Positions 1 to 10,107 of a stretch of DNA of 53,983 bases are shown here, piece by piece. Positions within the stretch are counted from its first letter, which is position 1; each line of letters opens with the position of its first letter. The notes under the pieces are model-generated. The model did no database searches. It was not told the origin of the DNA and worked only from the letters and a program-made list of their open reading frames with translations. The position numbers were made by a program, and so were the translations under genes. Origin of the DNA: Candidatus Hydrogenedentota bacterium (lineage in GTDB: Bacteria > Hydrogenedentota > Hydrogenedentia > Hydrogenedentales > JAEUWI01); assembly GCA_034669905.1 (NCBI GenBank), contig JAXMOL010000051.1, positions 1 to 53,983 of the forward strand, in the 5' to 3' direction.

Positions 1-119
1 TATTCCCTATTCCCTATTCCCTATTCCCTATTCCCTATTCCCTATTCCCTATTCCCTATTCCCTATTCCCTATTCCCTATTCCCTATTCCCTATTCCCTA
101 TTCCCTATTCCCTATTCCC
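1..119. repeat. Perfect heptamer tandem repeat (TATTCCC)17, i.e. (GGGAATA)n on the minus strand; runs off the window start
   Basis: 17 exact units counted at 1-119; the last units overlap the TAG stop (112-114) of the minus-strand glycosyltransferase gene. Confidence 0.98.
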
Positions 120-2106
120 TTCCATACCACCGGGCAATTCGTGCAGGCGAGATCCCCAGCGGAAAGGCAAAGAAGGTCACGATATTACGGAGTGTAAGGC
201 GAATGACCCCTTCTCGCTCCCATCGTCGGGCCGAAGTACGCACCCGCGCCGGGACGATATAGCAGGCTCCGACCTTGGCGGCACGTCGGACGAGGTCATA
301 GTCTTCGAGTATAGGCCATTCGGCGTAGCCCCCCAGCGCCTCGAACGTGTCCTTTCGTAGAAAGAGCGCCTGGTCCCCATAGGGCACTCCGAGTCGGCGA
401 CTTCGCCAGTTCGCTGTTAGCTCCAACCACCGGTAACACCCTCCGGGACCATCGATTCGGAGTTCAAAAGCCCCGAGTGCCACTTCTGGAAAGGACAATA
501 CCCGGCGAACGTAGTCGATTCCGTCCCGCGGGAGCTGGGTATCGGCATGGAGGAACAGGAGGCACTGGCCGTTGGCCGCAGCGGCGCCGGCATTCATCTG
601 GAGGGCCCGCCCCCGGCCAGACGTCACCACGTGCACCCCCATCTCCCGGGCAATCGCGACGGTACGATCGTCACTCCCGCCGTCCGCAACGATGATTTCC
701 GTGTTTTCCTGCGGGAGGAGTGCCTCCAGCACCGCCCCAATGCGCCCTTCTTCATTCCAGGTGGGGATAATCATAGAGACCCGGTGCTGCGCCCGGGCCC
801 CTTCCCAGCCTGCCAAATCTTCCGGCAGGTCCACATCTGAGTGGACAGGGAGCTCAAAACAGGTCAAACCCAGGGCTTTCGCCCGCTCCCGCGTGGTCTC
901 CAATACCCGCTCGGTCCCCCACGCCATGTCGGCAAAGAAGCCCTCGATATCTTCCGGTGCCCCGGAGAGGGTCATCCCGATGAGATAATAGCCACCATCG
1001 TTGGCAGGCCCCAAGACCATATCGTGGGTATCCAGGGCTTCAAAGGCTGCGGTGGTGGTGGCGCTATCCAATTCCGGGCAATCTGATCCCACCAGAATCA
1101 TTTTACCGTAGGCGCTCGCAAAAGCCTCCCCCAGGGCGCGGGCCATCCGTGCCCCCAGGTCACCATCGCCCTGGGACGCGTAGAGCAACTCGGGTCCCAG
1201 CCAATCGGCCATTTGCGCCTTATTTTCCCCGGTAAAACGTACTCCCACATCGATGGCCTTGCGCAGGGGCGGTGCGACAGACAGGGTATGCTCGGTCATT
1301 TGGCGTTGCAGCTCGGCCGCGCCATCGGCACCGAGAGCGGGTATAAGGCGGGTTTTGGTCGTGCCGGCCTCGGGATAACGGCTGAAAAAAATCAGGATGC
1401 CCGTCTTCAAGGTCGGCCGTGCCAGCAGGGCAGATAGAAAAATCGTGCTCAAAATCTTATAACCGGCGCCCACAACCCCCCGAAGGGTGCCAGACACCTT
1501 CGAAACGCCCACCCGCTTTCGATAAGAAACGGGCACTTCGTCGGAAGGCAATCCGTGCAGCGCCGCCTTGATCTGCATCTCCACGGTCCAGCCATAATCC
1601 TGGTCCGCCATGTCCAACTGAAGGAGGCTGCGATAGCGAATGGCCCGAAAGGGCCCCAAATCCGTATAGCGAATTCCCCAGAAAAACCGAATCAGGTGGG
1701 TGGCCAGCCAGTTCCCAAAGTGGGCCTGGGGCGTGAGCGCCCCCTGCTCCCGGGACCCGCGCACACGGGATCCGATCATCATATCCACCTCGCCCGCAAT
1801 AATCGGATCGACCAACAAGGCCATTTCCTCGGGATGATCACTAAAGTCTCCATCGAGAAACACCACTATCTCCGGGGAGGAAAGGGCCGCCATCCCCGCC
1901 AGACAGGCCGCACCATAGCCCCGTTGCCCTTCGAAAACCACCCGCCCCCCATGGGCAGCCGCTACCTGTCCGGTCGTATCGGTAGACCCATTGTCCACGA
2001 CGACGATATCATCCACCCATTCTGGAATCGCATCGAGGACGTTACCAATGGCGTTTTCTTCATTGAGAACAGGGATAATGACGGCAATACGGTGTTGATT
2101 TCTCAT
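112..2106 (-). CDS. Triple-domain glycosyltransferase fusion: GT2 + DUF2064/TIGR04282-like + TIGR04283-like GT2
   Basis: ATG 2106 with AGGAG RBS. N-terminal IIPVLNE..VVVDNGSTD..FLDGD (GT2); middle FSRYPEAGTTKTRL..QGDGDLGARM..VGSDCP..LGPANDGGYYLIG (DUF2064); C-terminal IIPTWNE..DGGSDD..GRALQMNAGA..FLHADT..YGDQ..TSARRW. Confidence 0.85.
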   Translation of the reverse strand: MRNQHRIAVIIPVLNEENAIGNVLDAIPEWVDDIVVVDNGSTDTTGQVAAAHGGRVVFEGQRGYGAACLAGMAALSSPEIVVFLDGDFSDHPEEMALLVDPIIAGEVDMMIGSRVRGSREQGALTPQAHFGNWLATHLIRFFWGIRYTDLGPFRAIRYRSLLQLDMADQDYGWTVEMQIKAALHGLPSDEVPVSYRKRVGVSKVSGTLRGVVGAGYKILSTIFLSALLARPTLKTGILIFFSRYPEAGTTKTRLIPALGADGAAELQRQMTEHTLSVAPPLRKAIDVGVRFTGENKAQMADWLGPELLYASQGDGDLGARMARALGEAFASAYGKMILVGSDCPELDSATTTAAFEALDTHDMVLGPANDGGYYLIGMTLSGAPEDIEGFFADMAWGTERVLETTRERAKALGLTCFELPVHSDVDLPEDLAGWEGARAQHRVSMIIPTWNEEGRIGAVLEALLPQENTEIIVADGGSDDRTVAIAREMGVHVVTSGRGRALQMNAGAAAANGQCLLFLHADTQLPRDGIDYVRRVLSFPEVALGAFELRIDGPGGCYRWLELTANWRSRRLGVPYGDQALFLRKDTFEALGGYAEWPILEDYDLVRRAAKVGACYIVPARVRTSARRWEREGVIRLTLRNIVTFFAFPLGISPARIARWYGRE

Positions 2107-2412
2107 GGGGCTCCTGAGGGCTGAACCGCGCGGGGCTTGCACGGGCGGGTAGTAGATGTGACGTAAAGAGATGCTATCAGATGAGCCGGGCAGCGTGACA
2201 GGTCGCAGACCGAGACACAAAACAACTAGAATGGGGACTCGGCTGAAATAATTCCCCTTCCAAGGGAATAGAAATACGTCTTAGCGGGGTCTGTCATGGG
2301 GTGTTGTATGCCCCCGTCCCACCCGCTATTCTCGCATCGATTGGATCTGGGGCAAGACCCGATTAAGCTCCGAAGCCCCTGTCACTAACATGAACCATAG
2401 AAACGCATCACC

Positions 2413-4389
2413 ATGACCGAACCTTCCTCCATACTGCTCGTGACCGGCATACTCGTCTTTGCCAGTATCATCGCGAGCCGGATATCTGATCGACTCGGAC
2501 TCCCCGCGCTGGTCGTCTTTTTGTGCATCGGGATGCTCGCCGGCTCCGATGGGCCTGGAGGAATCTACTTCGAGAACGCGGCCACCGCCAATTTCGTGGG
2601 TACAATCGCGTTGGCCTTCATCCTGTTCTCGGGCGGTCTGGACACCAACTGGCGCCTCATCCGCCCCGTATTGGTGCGAGGCGTTATCCTTTCTACCGGC
2701 GGCGTGGTGCTCACTGCCCTGCTGATGGGGCTTTTCGCCTGGCTGTTCTTTGGTTTTTCACCCGTGGTGTCCCTGTTGCTCGGCGCCATTATCTCTTCCA
2801 CCGATGCGGCGGCCGTGTTTTCCGTACTGCGCGGTAAAGGAGTGGGTCTGAAAGGGAACTTGCGGCCCTTGCTGGAATTCGAGTCTGGCAGCAATGACCC
2901 CATGGCTATCTTTCTTACCCTGAGCCTGACCCAACTCCTTATTACCCCCGAGGCGCCGTGGTCCAGCCTGATCATGGCGTTCTTTATTAATATGATACTC
3001 GGCGTCGTTGTGGGCCTTGCCATCGGCCGTTTTGCCGCCTACTTGCTGAATCGTATCCGGCTGGACTACGAAGGCCTCTATCCCGTGGTCAGCCTGAGTC
3101 TCGTGTTGCTGACCTTTGGCGCGGCGGAAATCCTCCAGGGCAACGGTTTTCTTGCCGTTTACGTCTGCGGTATTGTGCTCAACGGCGTTGATTTCGCCCA
3201 CAAACGCTCGGTGGCCAAGTTTCACGATGGCATCGCGTGGCTCATGCAGATCGGTATGTTCCTTGTGCTGGGCCTGCTCGTTTTTCCATCGGAACTCCCC
3301 AGCGTCGCGCTCATGTCCCTCTGCGCCGCCCTCTTTCTCATGTTTGTCGCGCGTCCCCTGGCCGTCTTTCTCTGCTTATGGGGCAGTGAATTCTCCCGCA
3401 ATGACCGGTTGCTCGTTTCGTGGACGGGACTCCGCGGTGCGGTGCCCATCGTACTGGCGACTTATCCCCTCATGGCGGGGTATGAGCAATCCACCCTGAT
3501 TTTCGACGTCGTCTTCTTTATTGTCTTGACTTCGGTCATGATACAGGGCACCTTGCTCATGCCCATTGCCCGAAAACTGAAGGTGGATGAACCCCTCGCC
3601 TCCCGGCCGACCTTCTCCCTCTCTATTGAACGCCAGGGACTTCTCCAGGGCGAAACGCGCGAAGTGGAAATCCTTCCGGAAATGGGTGCGGTCGGAAAGC
3701 GCGTCGCCGACCTTGATGTGCCGTCGGACATTTTGATCCTGCTCATTGGGCGGGGCGATGGCTTTGTGGTGCCCCGGGGCCAGACAACGATTCAGCCCTA
3801 CGACACCCTGCTCCTCCTCGGTGAAGGGACCTTGCTGAAGGAAACACAGGACGCCATCCTTTCCCCCACAAAGCCTGCCCCCCGGAAGATGAAGGAGGTC
3901 GACCCGCTCTCCGCATTGCCCCAGTCCACCGCCGCCCGGTTTCTTTCCAAACAGGTGGTGCTGGTGGGCTATGGTCGGGTCGGACGGGAGATCGAATCCC
4001 GCCTCTCTGCCGCCAACGTACCCACCATTGTGGTCGACGAATCCCGCGAACTCGTGGAGGAACTGCGGAACGCAGGTAAGGCGGCCGTCGTGGGTGATGC
4101 CACCGACACCATCGTGCAGGTCCAGGCCCACATGGCGAAAGCCGCCGTGCTCATCATCGCGACGCCCGACACCATTAAGGTACGCCGCATGATGGAAGTC
4201 GCCCGGGCGATTAACCCGGCAGTTGAGGTCGTCATCCGCTCCCACGACGTCGGCCAGGCTGGCAAACTCGAACAGGAAAAAGTCGGTACCGTCTTCGTCG
4301 GTGAGACCATTCTCGCCGAAGCCATTGTGGACCACGTGTTTTCCGCCCTGGCCCGGGAGCCGGAAAAGAACGCCGACGAGCATGGATAA
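2413..4389 (+). CDS. K+/H+ antiporter (CvrA/NhaP2-like) with TrkA_C and an extra C-terminal TrkA_N (RCK) domain
   Basis: Many TM helices; motifs SSTDAAAVF, ESGSNDPMA, GLRGAVPI; C-terminal VVLVGYGRVG Rossmann motif. Confidence 0.88.
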   Translation: MTEPSSILLVTGILVFASIIASRISDRLGLPALVVFLCIGMLAGSDGPGGIYFENAATANFVGTIALAFILFSGGLDTNWRLIRPVLVRGVILSTGGVVLTALLMGLFAWLFFGFSPVVSLLLGAIISSTDAAAVFSVLRGKGVGLKGNLRPLLEFESGSNDPMAIFLTLSLTQLLITPEAPWSSLIMAFFINMILGVVVGLAIGRFAAYLLNRIRLDYEGLYPVVSLSLVLLTFGAAEILQGNGFLAVYVCGIVLNGVDFAHKRSVAKFHDGIAWLMQIGMFLVLGLLVFPSELPSVALMSLCAALFLMFVARPLAVFLCLWGSEFSRNDRLLVSWTGLRGAVPIVLATYPLMAGYEQSTLIFDVVFFIVLTSVMIQGTLLMPIARKLKVDEPLASRPTFSLSIERQGLLQGETREVEILPEMGAVGKRVADLDVPSDILILLIGRGDGFVVPRGQTTIQPYDTLLLLGEGTLLKETQDAILSPTKPAPRKMKEVDPLSALPQSTAARFLSKQVVLVGYGRVGREIESRLSAANVPTIVVDESRELVEELRNAGKAAVVGDATDTIVQVQAHMAKAAVLIIATPDTIKVRRMMEVARAINPAVEVVIRSHDVGQAGKLEQEKVGTVFVGETILAEAIVDHVFSALAREPEKNADEHG

Positions 4390-4507
4390 CAGGCCGGTGT
4401 GGGCTATACACCGCTGACGTCCTGCAGGCCCCGGGGGGAATACCTGGGAACCGGGGCGCCTGTAGCTATCGCGAGATAAGCTATGGCGGGAAGGCGGTCA
4501 CCCTGCC

Positions 4508-6013
4508 TCAGCCGTGGTGATGCCACCATGCGGCCTGCTTCTGAGGGGTACGGACCCGGCGGAGGGTGCCGTAGGGGAAATAGGACAGGGTGCGGAGTCC
4601 GGCGACGTTGGAAACACTGCGGGCGAATTTACGCATTTCGCCGTAGAATTCCTGGACGACGATACGCTCTTCCACTTCCCCTTCTTCGCGGACAGCCAGC
4701 AGGCGGTGGAGTGCGTACAGGCCGAGTACAAAGGCGAGCACAAAGAGAAAATCCAGGCCGCGCAGGTTGAGGGCCGGCACGGTGATGGCCTCGGTGGGCC
4801 CACCGATGAGTCCATAGTGCATGACAAAACTGAATTCGCGCGTGGCGAAATAGTCTGCCAGGAAGCCCCCGCAGATGGGGGCGATGGTCGCCGCAATGCC
4901 GGTCACGAGGGCGTTGACGGCAAGAAAAGCGGTGGCCTGTCCTCGGGGTGCCGCCTTCAGAGCGATGTTACCGGAGCAAAGGGCCACGCCGGCGGTGGAA
5001 ATGCCTACCATCACGTGAATAACCACCAGGAGCGGAAGGGTAAAGGCGTGGCTTTCCGGCAGGGTCGTAAAGGGCCAGATAAGGAAACTCACCACAAAGG
5101 CTCCGCCGGACACGGAAAGGACGGATTTGTTGGAGAAGCGATCGGCCAGGTTGCCCCAGAGGCGAAAAAAGAGCACGTTCATAATCTGGCTGACCACCGA
5201 GAGGGCCAGCACGTAGCCCATGCTCAGGCCCAGGCGGCTGAGCATGTAGACGGTAAAGAAGGGCGCGGCAAAGTTTACGGCGAGATTCCAAAACCCCAGA
5301 AAGGCGATGAGATTCCGGAAATTGGCGTTGCGAAAGGGGGCGGCCAGGGTCTCTATCAGTCCGGACACCTCCGGGGGGGCCATTTCCGGCTCCGGTATCC
5401 GGCTGAGATAAAAGGAGCCGATGAGGCCCGCGATACCCCCCAGGAAGAAATAAATTCCGTAAATGCCCAGTATATCGCCCGTTTGTTCCTGGTAGATATC
5501 GACAGCGAAGCCGGTCACCAGACACAACACGGCGCCGACGGCCGTGGAAAGGGTCATCCGCTTGGCGAAATAGCGGCCCATGATGTGCTCGGGGATAAAA
5601 TCGCGCATCCAGGAATTAAAAGAGCAGCTCGCGATAGCGCCGAATCCGAAATACAGGGCAAGACAGAGCAAGAGGACCGCGACCCGTGCATTTTCGGGAA
5701 CAATCAACGGAATCGCGGCCACACCAAACCAGGGCAGGCGGGCCGCCACGCAGCTGATCACGACGAGGGCGCGCCGTCTCCGATAGCGGGACACCATATA
5801 AATAGCCGGAATCTGCATAATCTGAGAAAAGGGCTGGATGGCGGCAATGCACCCGATAACGACATTGGAGGCCCCCAGGTGGAGTGCGAAGGCCACGAGG
5901 AAGGCGCCGGTCGTCAAGACGCCCATAATCTGCGAGGCGATCCCGTCGAAAAGCAGCATGCGCAGGCCGTGCTGGGTTTCTTCCGGGGAATGTGGGACTT
6001 CGGAACGGCTCAT
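4508..6013 (-). CDS. MFS transporter
   Basis: About 12 hydrophobic helices, WGNLADRFSNK loop motif; likely start MSRSEVP at 6013. Confidence 0.8.
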   Translation of the reverse strand: MSRSEVPHSPEETQHGLRMLLFDGIASQIMGVLTTGAFLVAFALHLGASNVVIGCIAAIQPFSQIMQIPAIYMVSRYRRRRALVVISCVAARLPWFGVAAIPLIVPENARVAVLLLCLALYFGFGAIASCSFNSWMRDFIPEHIMGRYFAKRMTLSTAVGAVLCLVTGFAVDIYQEQTGDILGIYGIYFFLGGIAGLIGSFYLSRIPEPEMAPPEVSGLIETLAAPFRNANFRNLIAFLGFWNLAVNFAAPFFTVYMLSRLGLSMGYVLALSVVSQIMNVLFFRLWGNLADRFSNKSVLSVSGGAFVVSFLIWPFTTLPESHAFTLPLLVVIHVMVGISTAGVALCSGNIALKAAPRGQATAFLAVNALVTGIAATIAPICGGFLADYFATREFSFVMHYGLIGGPTEAITVPALNLRGLDFLFVLAFVLGLYALHRLLAVREEGEVEERIVVQEFYGEMRKFARSVSNVAGLRTLSYFPYGTLRRVRTPQKQAAWWHHHG

Positions 6014-6216
6014 GGGGTTCAACGATGCTACTACAAAGAGGCTGATGCACACAGGGTAAGGGCCAGACTGCCCCCATGCCCGAAACGAGGATCTTCGCAG
6101 AAGGGCAGCTATGGTTGCAAGCACCGGAACTTGCTCCACCGTCTTAGTATAGACAGAACCCGCCAGATGCGCTAGGATGCTTAGAGATTCCTGGGTGCAA
6201 CTCGAAACTACGGGGT

Positions 6217-6771
6217 ATGGCCATGTCACTGCGATCGTGTTGGATAGCCGTCTTGTTATTTACCTTTGTCCTGGGGGCCTCGGCCGAGGAACCGCGTTCG
6301 GTGGCGAAAAAGGAAGCCGATTTCCTGGGGAAAAACGTCACCCTCCTCTTCCACCTGGAAGACTCGGAGCAACGTTTTTCCGTTTCAACCGCACGCCAAT
6401 CCTATCGACTCCACTCCAAGGGAGAAAACGCGGAAGAAACGCACGAGGGCACGTCTGGCGAAACAAAGACACCCGGTGAAGCGGTGTCCCCGGCTCATCG
6501 GGAATCCCGGTTTCAAGAGCGACACGGGGTCGCCTTTGACGGCGAAGTTTCGCTCAACAACGACCTGAATCGGGTGTTGGTCACCTGCGTTGGCCAATTC
6601 TACTACGCATCCCAGGAAAGCAATCGCTCGGGCACCAAGGTGTCGGAACACGTGAACGAAGTTGAGTTCGAAATCGATGCGAGTGCCCTGGTGACACCGG
6701 GAGAGCCGAAAGTTTTGGTGCGCACAGGCGAGCATGTATTGACCGTCACCGTTACGGTCGAGGAAAAATGA
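6217..6771 (+). CDS. Hypothetical exported protein
   Basis: Signal-peptide-like N-terminus (WIAVLLFTFVLGASA); fills a gap between other genes. Confidence 0.65.
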   Translation: MAMSLRSCWIAVLLFTFVLGASAEEPRSVAKKEADFLGKNVTLLFHLEDSEQRFSVSTARQSYRLHSKGENAEETHEGTSGETKTPGEAVSPAHRESRFQERHGVAFDGEVSLNNDLNRVLVTCVGQFYYASQESNRSGTKVSEHVNEVEFEIDASALVTPGEPKVLVRTGEHVLTVTVTVEEK

Positions 6772-6784
6772 AGCGGCCCCTGCG

Positions 6785-6997
6785 CTATGTCGGGGGCGAC
6801 GGAGCTGGGACTTCCATGGCGGCCAGGTAGTCCGTTGGGTTTTGTTCGACCCATTCTGCGGCCACGTAACGCCCTTCATCACGGAGCCAGCGGAGCACCA
6901 TGCGCAGGTCGGTCATGGGGGTGGTCCCGGTTTCACGACACTGAATCAAGGCTTCTAACACCTGTGGAGTAATTGGGGGGTGGTCTTGGGCACTCAT
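6785..6997 (-). CDS. Small protein, DUF5049-like
   Basis: GAGG RBS before ATG 6997; pattern VLEALIQCRETGTTPMTDL..AAEWVEQNPTDY resembles DUF5049 (I.aiRdtG.tnMfD...iE.n...Y), recalled from memory. Confidence 0.45.
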   Translation of the reverse strand: MSAQDHPPITPQVLEALIQCRETGTTPMTDLRMVLRWLRDEGRYVAAEWVEQNPTDYLAAMEVPAPSPPT

Positions 6998-7317
6998 GGC
7001 GGAAACCTCAGGTGGTGACATTCATCCGCACACCCTGAATCAGGCGCGCGGAAAGACGCCGCTGGAACGATGGCTTCAGTGTAGCACAGCGCAACGAGGG
7101 CGTGCGGCGCGGACCGCACCATCGGGTTTGCTACGCATTATATATAGGGCCGAACGGAGCTACCCGCACCCGCGCCCCTTCGCAACGGGGTGTCTGCCCC
7201 GGTAACAGGGGGCAAATTTGCACGGCGTTGACGTGATTTTCCCGGCCCGGCTCCCTTCCTGCCGCCCAAGTATGCTATCCTTTGCCGCGGCTTGGGAAAA
7301 GGGGAGCGAAAAGGTAC

Positions 7318-8757
7318 ATGCACATCGTGAAGTCTCGCGCAAAACTGCCGGACGAAACTCGTTGGACCGGTGTCCGCGAGATTACCGTCATGTCTGGCCC
7401 TATCATTCTCGGCTCCCTTTCATTCGCCATCATGGAGTTTATTGATCGGGTCATGGTCAATAAACTTGGCACCGAAGCCCTGGCCGCGGTAGGTTCGGCG
7501 AGTATCTGGTCCTATACGATGAGCACCCTGTTGTTGGGGATCGTGGGTTGTGTGGGCACCTTTGTGGCCCAGTGTCTGGGGCGGAATGAAAAGCACCTCT
7601 GCGGTCAATATGCGTGGCAGGGACTCTATCTGTCCCTGATAGCGGGCTTTATCGCCGTGGCCTTTTACCCCATCGCGCCCTATTTGTTTGGTCTGATGGG
7701 CCACGACCCCGAAGTGACCCGGTTGGAACTGGTGTATTTCCAGATCCGGCTTTTCAGCTATCTGCCCCTGGCATTCGTGACCGCCCTGGCAACCTTTTTC
7801 CAGGCCTCCAACTACCCCGTCGTACCCATGTTTGTGGCAATTATCGGCACGGCCCTGAATATCGTATTGAATTACATGTTTATTTTCGGGAACTGGGGTG
7901 CGCCTGCCATGGGAATCGCTGGTGCGGCCTGGGCGACCAACGTTTCCATGTACCTCCAGTTTATCCTGCTTTTTGCCGTGTTCTTGAGCCCCTTTATGCA
8001 CGCCCAGTTTCGGACCCGCTCCCATATCCGCTATGACAAGGCCAAGGTCATGGAAATCGTGCGGGTTGGTGCGCCCGCCGGGGGGATGATGTTCCTGGAC
8101 GTGGCGAATTGGAGCATTTTTATCAGTTTCGTGGTGGGACGGCTTGGTGCCGTGCCCCTGGCAGCCAACAATGTGGCCCTCAGTTTCATGCAGCTCTGCT
8201 TCATTCCGGCCTTTGCGCTCAATCAGGGCGTTTCCGCCATTGTGGGACAATGGATTGGACGGGGCGATTATGAGCGGGCGAAGGCACGAACCTACACGGC
8301 CCTTCGGGTGGGCATGAGCTATATGGTCGTCATGGGCATAATCTTCGCCGTATTCGGAAGCCACCTGATTGAACTGGTCTTTGCGCCCGAGGAGCCCTTG
8401 GTCCTGTCGTTGGGCCACCAGCTCTTGATTCTCGCAGCCGTCTTTCAACTTTTTGATGCCATCGCCATCGTCATGGGGGGCGCACTTCGGGGTGCCGGCG
8501 ATACCCGGTGGATGTTGATGATCACCTTTGCCACTGCCTATGTGGTCTTTATCCCGATGGCCACCACCTTTGCCTTCTATTTTGACGGGGGCGCACTCGG
8601 GGCCTGGCTTGGGGCATCGGCCTATATTGTGGTGCTGAGTCTCTTCATGTGGTGGCGCTTTCACTCCGAACGCTGGCATGCGATCGACATCTTCGCGGGG
8701 TCGGGCAATGGGGCGGCGACGGAAGCCGAAGCTTCCGAGCAGGCTCCGGTCCATTAG
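7318..8757 (+). CDS. MATE family efflux transporter
   Basis: 12 TM, DRVMVNKLGTEALAAVG, P.MGIAGAAWAT, GALRGAGDT motifs. Confidence 0.9.
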   Translation: MHIVKSRAKLPDETRWTGVREITVMSGPIILGSLSFAIMEFIDRVMVNKLGTEALAAVGSASIWSYTMSTLLLGIVGCVGTFVAQCLGRNEKHLCGQYAWQGLYLSLIAGFIAVAFYPIAPYLFGLMGHDPEVTRLELVYFQIRLFSYLPLAFVTALATFFQASNYPVVPMFVAIIGTALNIVLNYMFIFGNWGAPAMGIAGAAWATNVSMYLQFILLFAVFLSPFMHAQFRTRSHIRYDKAKVMEIVRVGAPAGGMMFLDVANWSIFISFVVGRLGAVPLAANNVALSFMQLCFIPAFALNQGVSAIVGQWIGRGDYERAKARTYTALRVGMSYMVVMGIIFAVFGSHLIELVFAPEEPLVLSLGHQLLILAAVFQLFDAIAIVMGGALRGAGDTRWMLMITFATAYVVFIPMATTFAFYFDGGALGAWLGASAYIVVLSLFMWWRFHSERWHAIDIFAGSGNGAATEAEASEQAPVH

Positions 8758-8821
8758 GAACCTTTCTGGCACGTTGAGGGCCCTGCCCCACCGCCCGGTC
8801 GGCCACGCCGCAAATGAAGAA

Positions 8822-8851
8822 TTGACAATCTTTTGCCTGCTGTGCGATAAT
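8822..8851 (+). promoter_or_regulatory. Sigma70-type promoter upstream of gap
   Basis: TTGACA (8822-8827), 18-nt spacer, TGn-GATAAT (8846-8851). Confidence 0.6.
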
Positions 8852-9105
8852 TTCTCCAATTTTGGATAGGAAAAGAAGTGTCCCGCGATTGAGGTTGGGA
8901 CCAATGGCATGCCCATGACGGAAATTCTGACCGTCTGGTCGCGACCCGGGGCCTTCTTGCGACCGCGGACGCATCGCGCATCCTCTTTTTTTCTTGATTC
9001 ACCCACGTACTGACTTGAAACCGGTCCAGAAGAGAACCGTCTGTTGAGGGTCAGTTTACTATGCGCAGATCATTACGTAGTACTTAGCAAAAGGAAGGTT
9101 TATCC

Positions 9106-10101
9106 ATGGCTACCAAGATCGGAATCAACGGCTTTGGCCGTATCGGACGTAACGTCTTCAAGCTCCTGCTGGAAGATCCCCAATTTGAAGTCGCAGGCAT
9201 CAATGACCTGACCGACGCAAAGACCCTGGCCCACCTGCTCAAGTATGACAGTGTCAGCGGCCCGTTCAAGGGCACGGTTGTCGCCAAAGACGGCGCTATC
9301 GTGGTTAACGGCAGCGAAATCAAAATCACCGCCATCCGCAACCCCGAAGAAATCCCCTGGGGCGAAATGGGCGTGGACATGGTCCTCGAATCCACCGGTA
9401 TCTTCCGCGCGAAGGCCCAGTGTGAAATGCACCTCAAAGCCGGTGCCAAGAAGGTCCTGCTCAGCGTCCCCCCGAAAGACGCCATTGACGCCGTCATCGT
9501 AATGGGTGTGAACGACGACACGCTGAAAGCGGAAGACAAGATCGTTTCCAACGCTTCCTGCACGACGAACTGCCTCGCTCCCTTGGCCAAGGTCCTTCAT
9601 GAGTCCTTCGGCATCAAGCGCGGCCTGATGACCACCTGCCACGCCTACACCAACGACCAGCCCGTACAGGATCAGCCCCACAGCGACTTGCGTCGTGCCC
9701 GTGCGGCTGCCCAGTCCATCATCCCCACCAGCACCGGTGCGGCGAGCGCGGTTGGCGAAGTACTTCCGGCCCTCAAAGGCAAGCTGGACGGCATGGCCCT
9801 CCGCGTACCCGTCATCGACGGCTCCGTGGTTGACCTGACCGCCGAACTCGAGAAGTCCGCTACGGCCGAAGAGATCAACGCCGCGGTTAAGGCTGCTGCC
9901 GAAGGCCCGCTGAAAGGGATTCTTCAGTACACGGAAGACCCCATCGTCTCCGTAGACGTAATCGGCAACCCCTACTCCAGCGTCTTTGACTCCCTCTGCA
10001 CTTCGGTTATCGAAGGCAACATGATCAAAGTCATCTCCTGGTACGACAACGAATGGGGCTATTCCAACCGTTGCATCGACCTCCTCAAGAAGATGGCTTA
10101 A
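9106..10101 (+). CDS. gap: Type I glyceraldehyde-3-phosphate dehydrogenase
   Basis: INGFGRIGR, catalytic [27 protein letters not shown]. Confidence 0.98.
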   Translation: MATKIGINGFGRIGRNVFKLLLEDPQFEVAGINDLTDAKTLAHLLKYDSVSGPFKGTVVAKDGAIVVNGSEIKITAIRNPEEIPWGEMGVDMVLESTGIFRAKAQCEMHLKAGAKKVLLSVPPKDAIDAVIVMGVNDDTLKAEDKIVSNASCTTNCLAPLAKVLHESFGIKRGLMTTCHAYTNDQPVQDQPHSDLRRARAAAQSIIPTSTGAASAVGEVLPALKGKLDGMALRVPVIDGSVVDLTAELEKSATAEEINAAVKAAAEGPLKGILQYTEDPIVSVDVIGNPYSSVFDSLCTSVIEGNMIKVISWYDNEWGYSNRCIDLLKKMA

Positions 10102-10107
10102 TTCACG

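Noticed and set aside
1..119. True telomere of a linear replicon or eukaryotic contamination
   Set aside because: The unit differs from TTAGGG/TTTAGGG and joins seamlessly to a bacterial gene's stop codon; a microsatellite is simpler, though the far side cannot be seen.
2221..2412. c-di-AMP or ion riboswitch upstream of the K+/H+ antiporter
   Set aside because: Some hairpins are present, but I could not find the conserved core motifs.
4514..6175. 553-aa plus-strand ORF
   Set aside because: Antisense to the MFS transporter.
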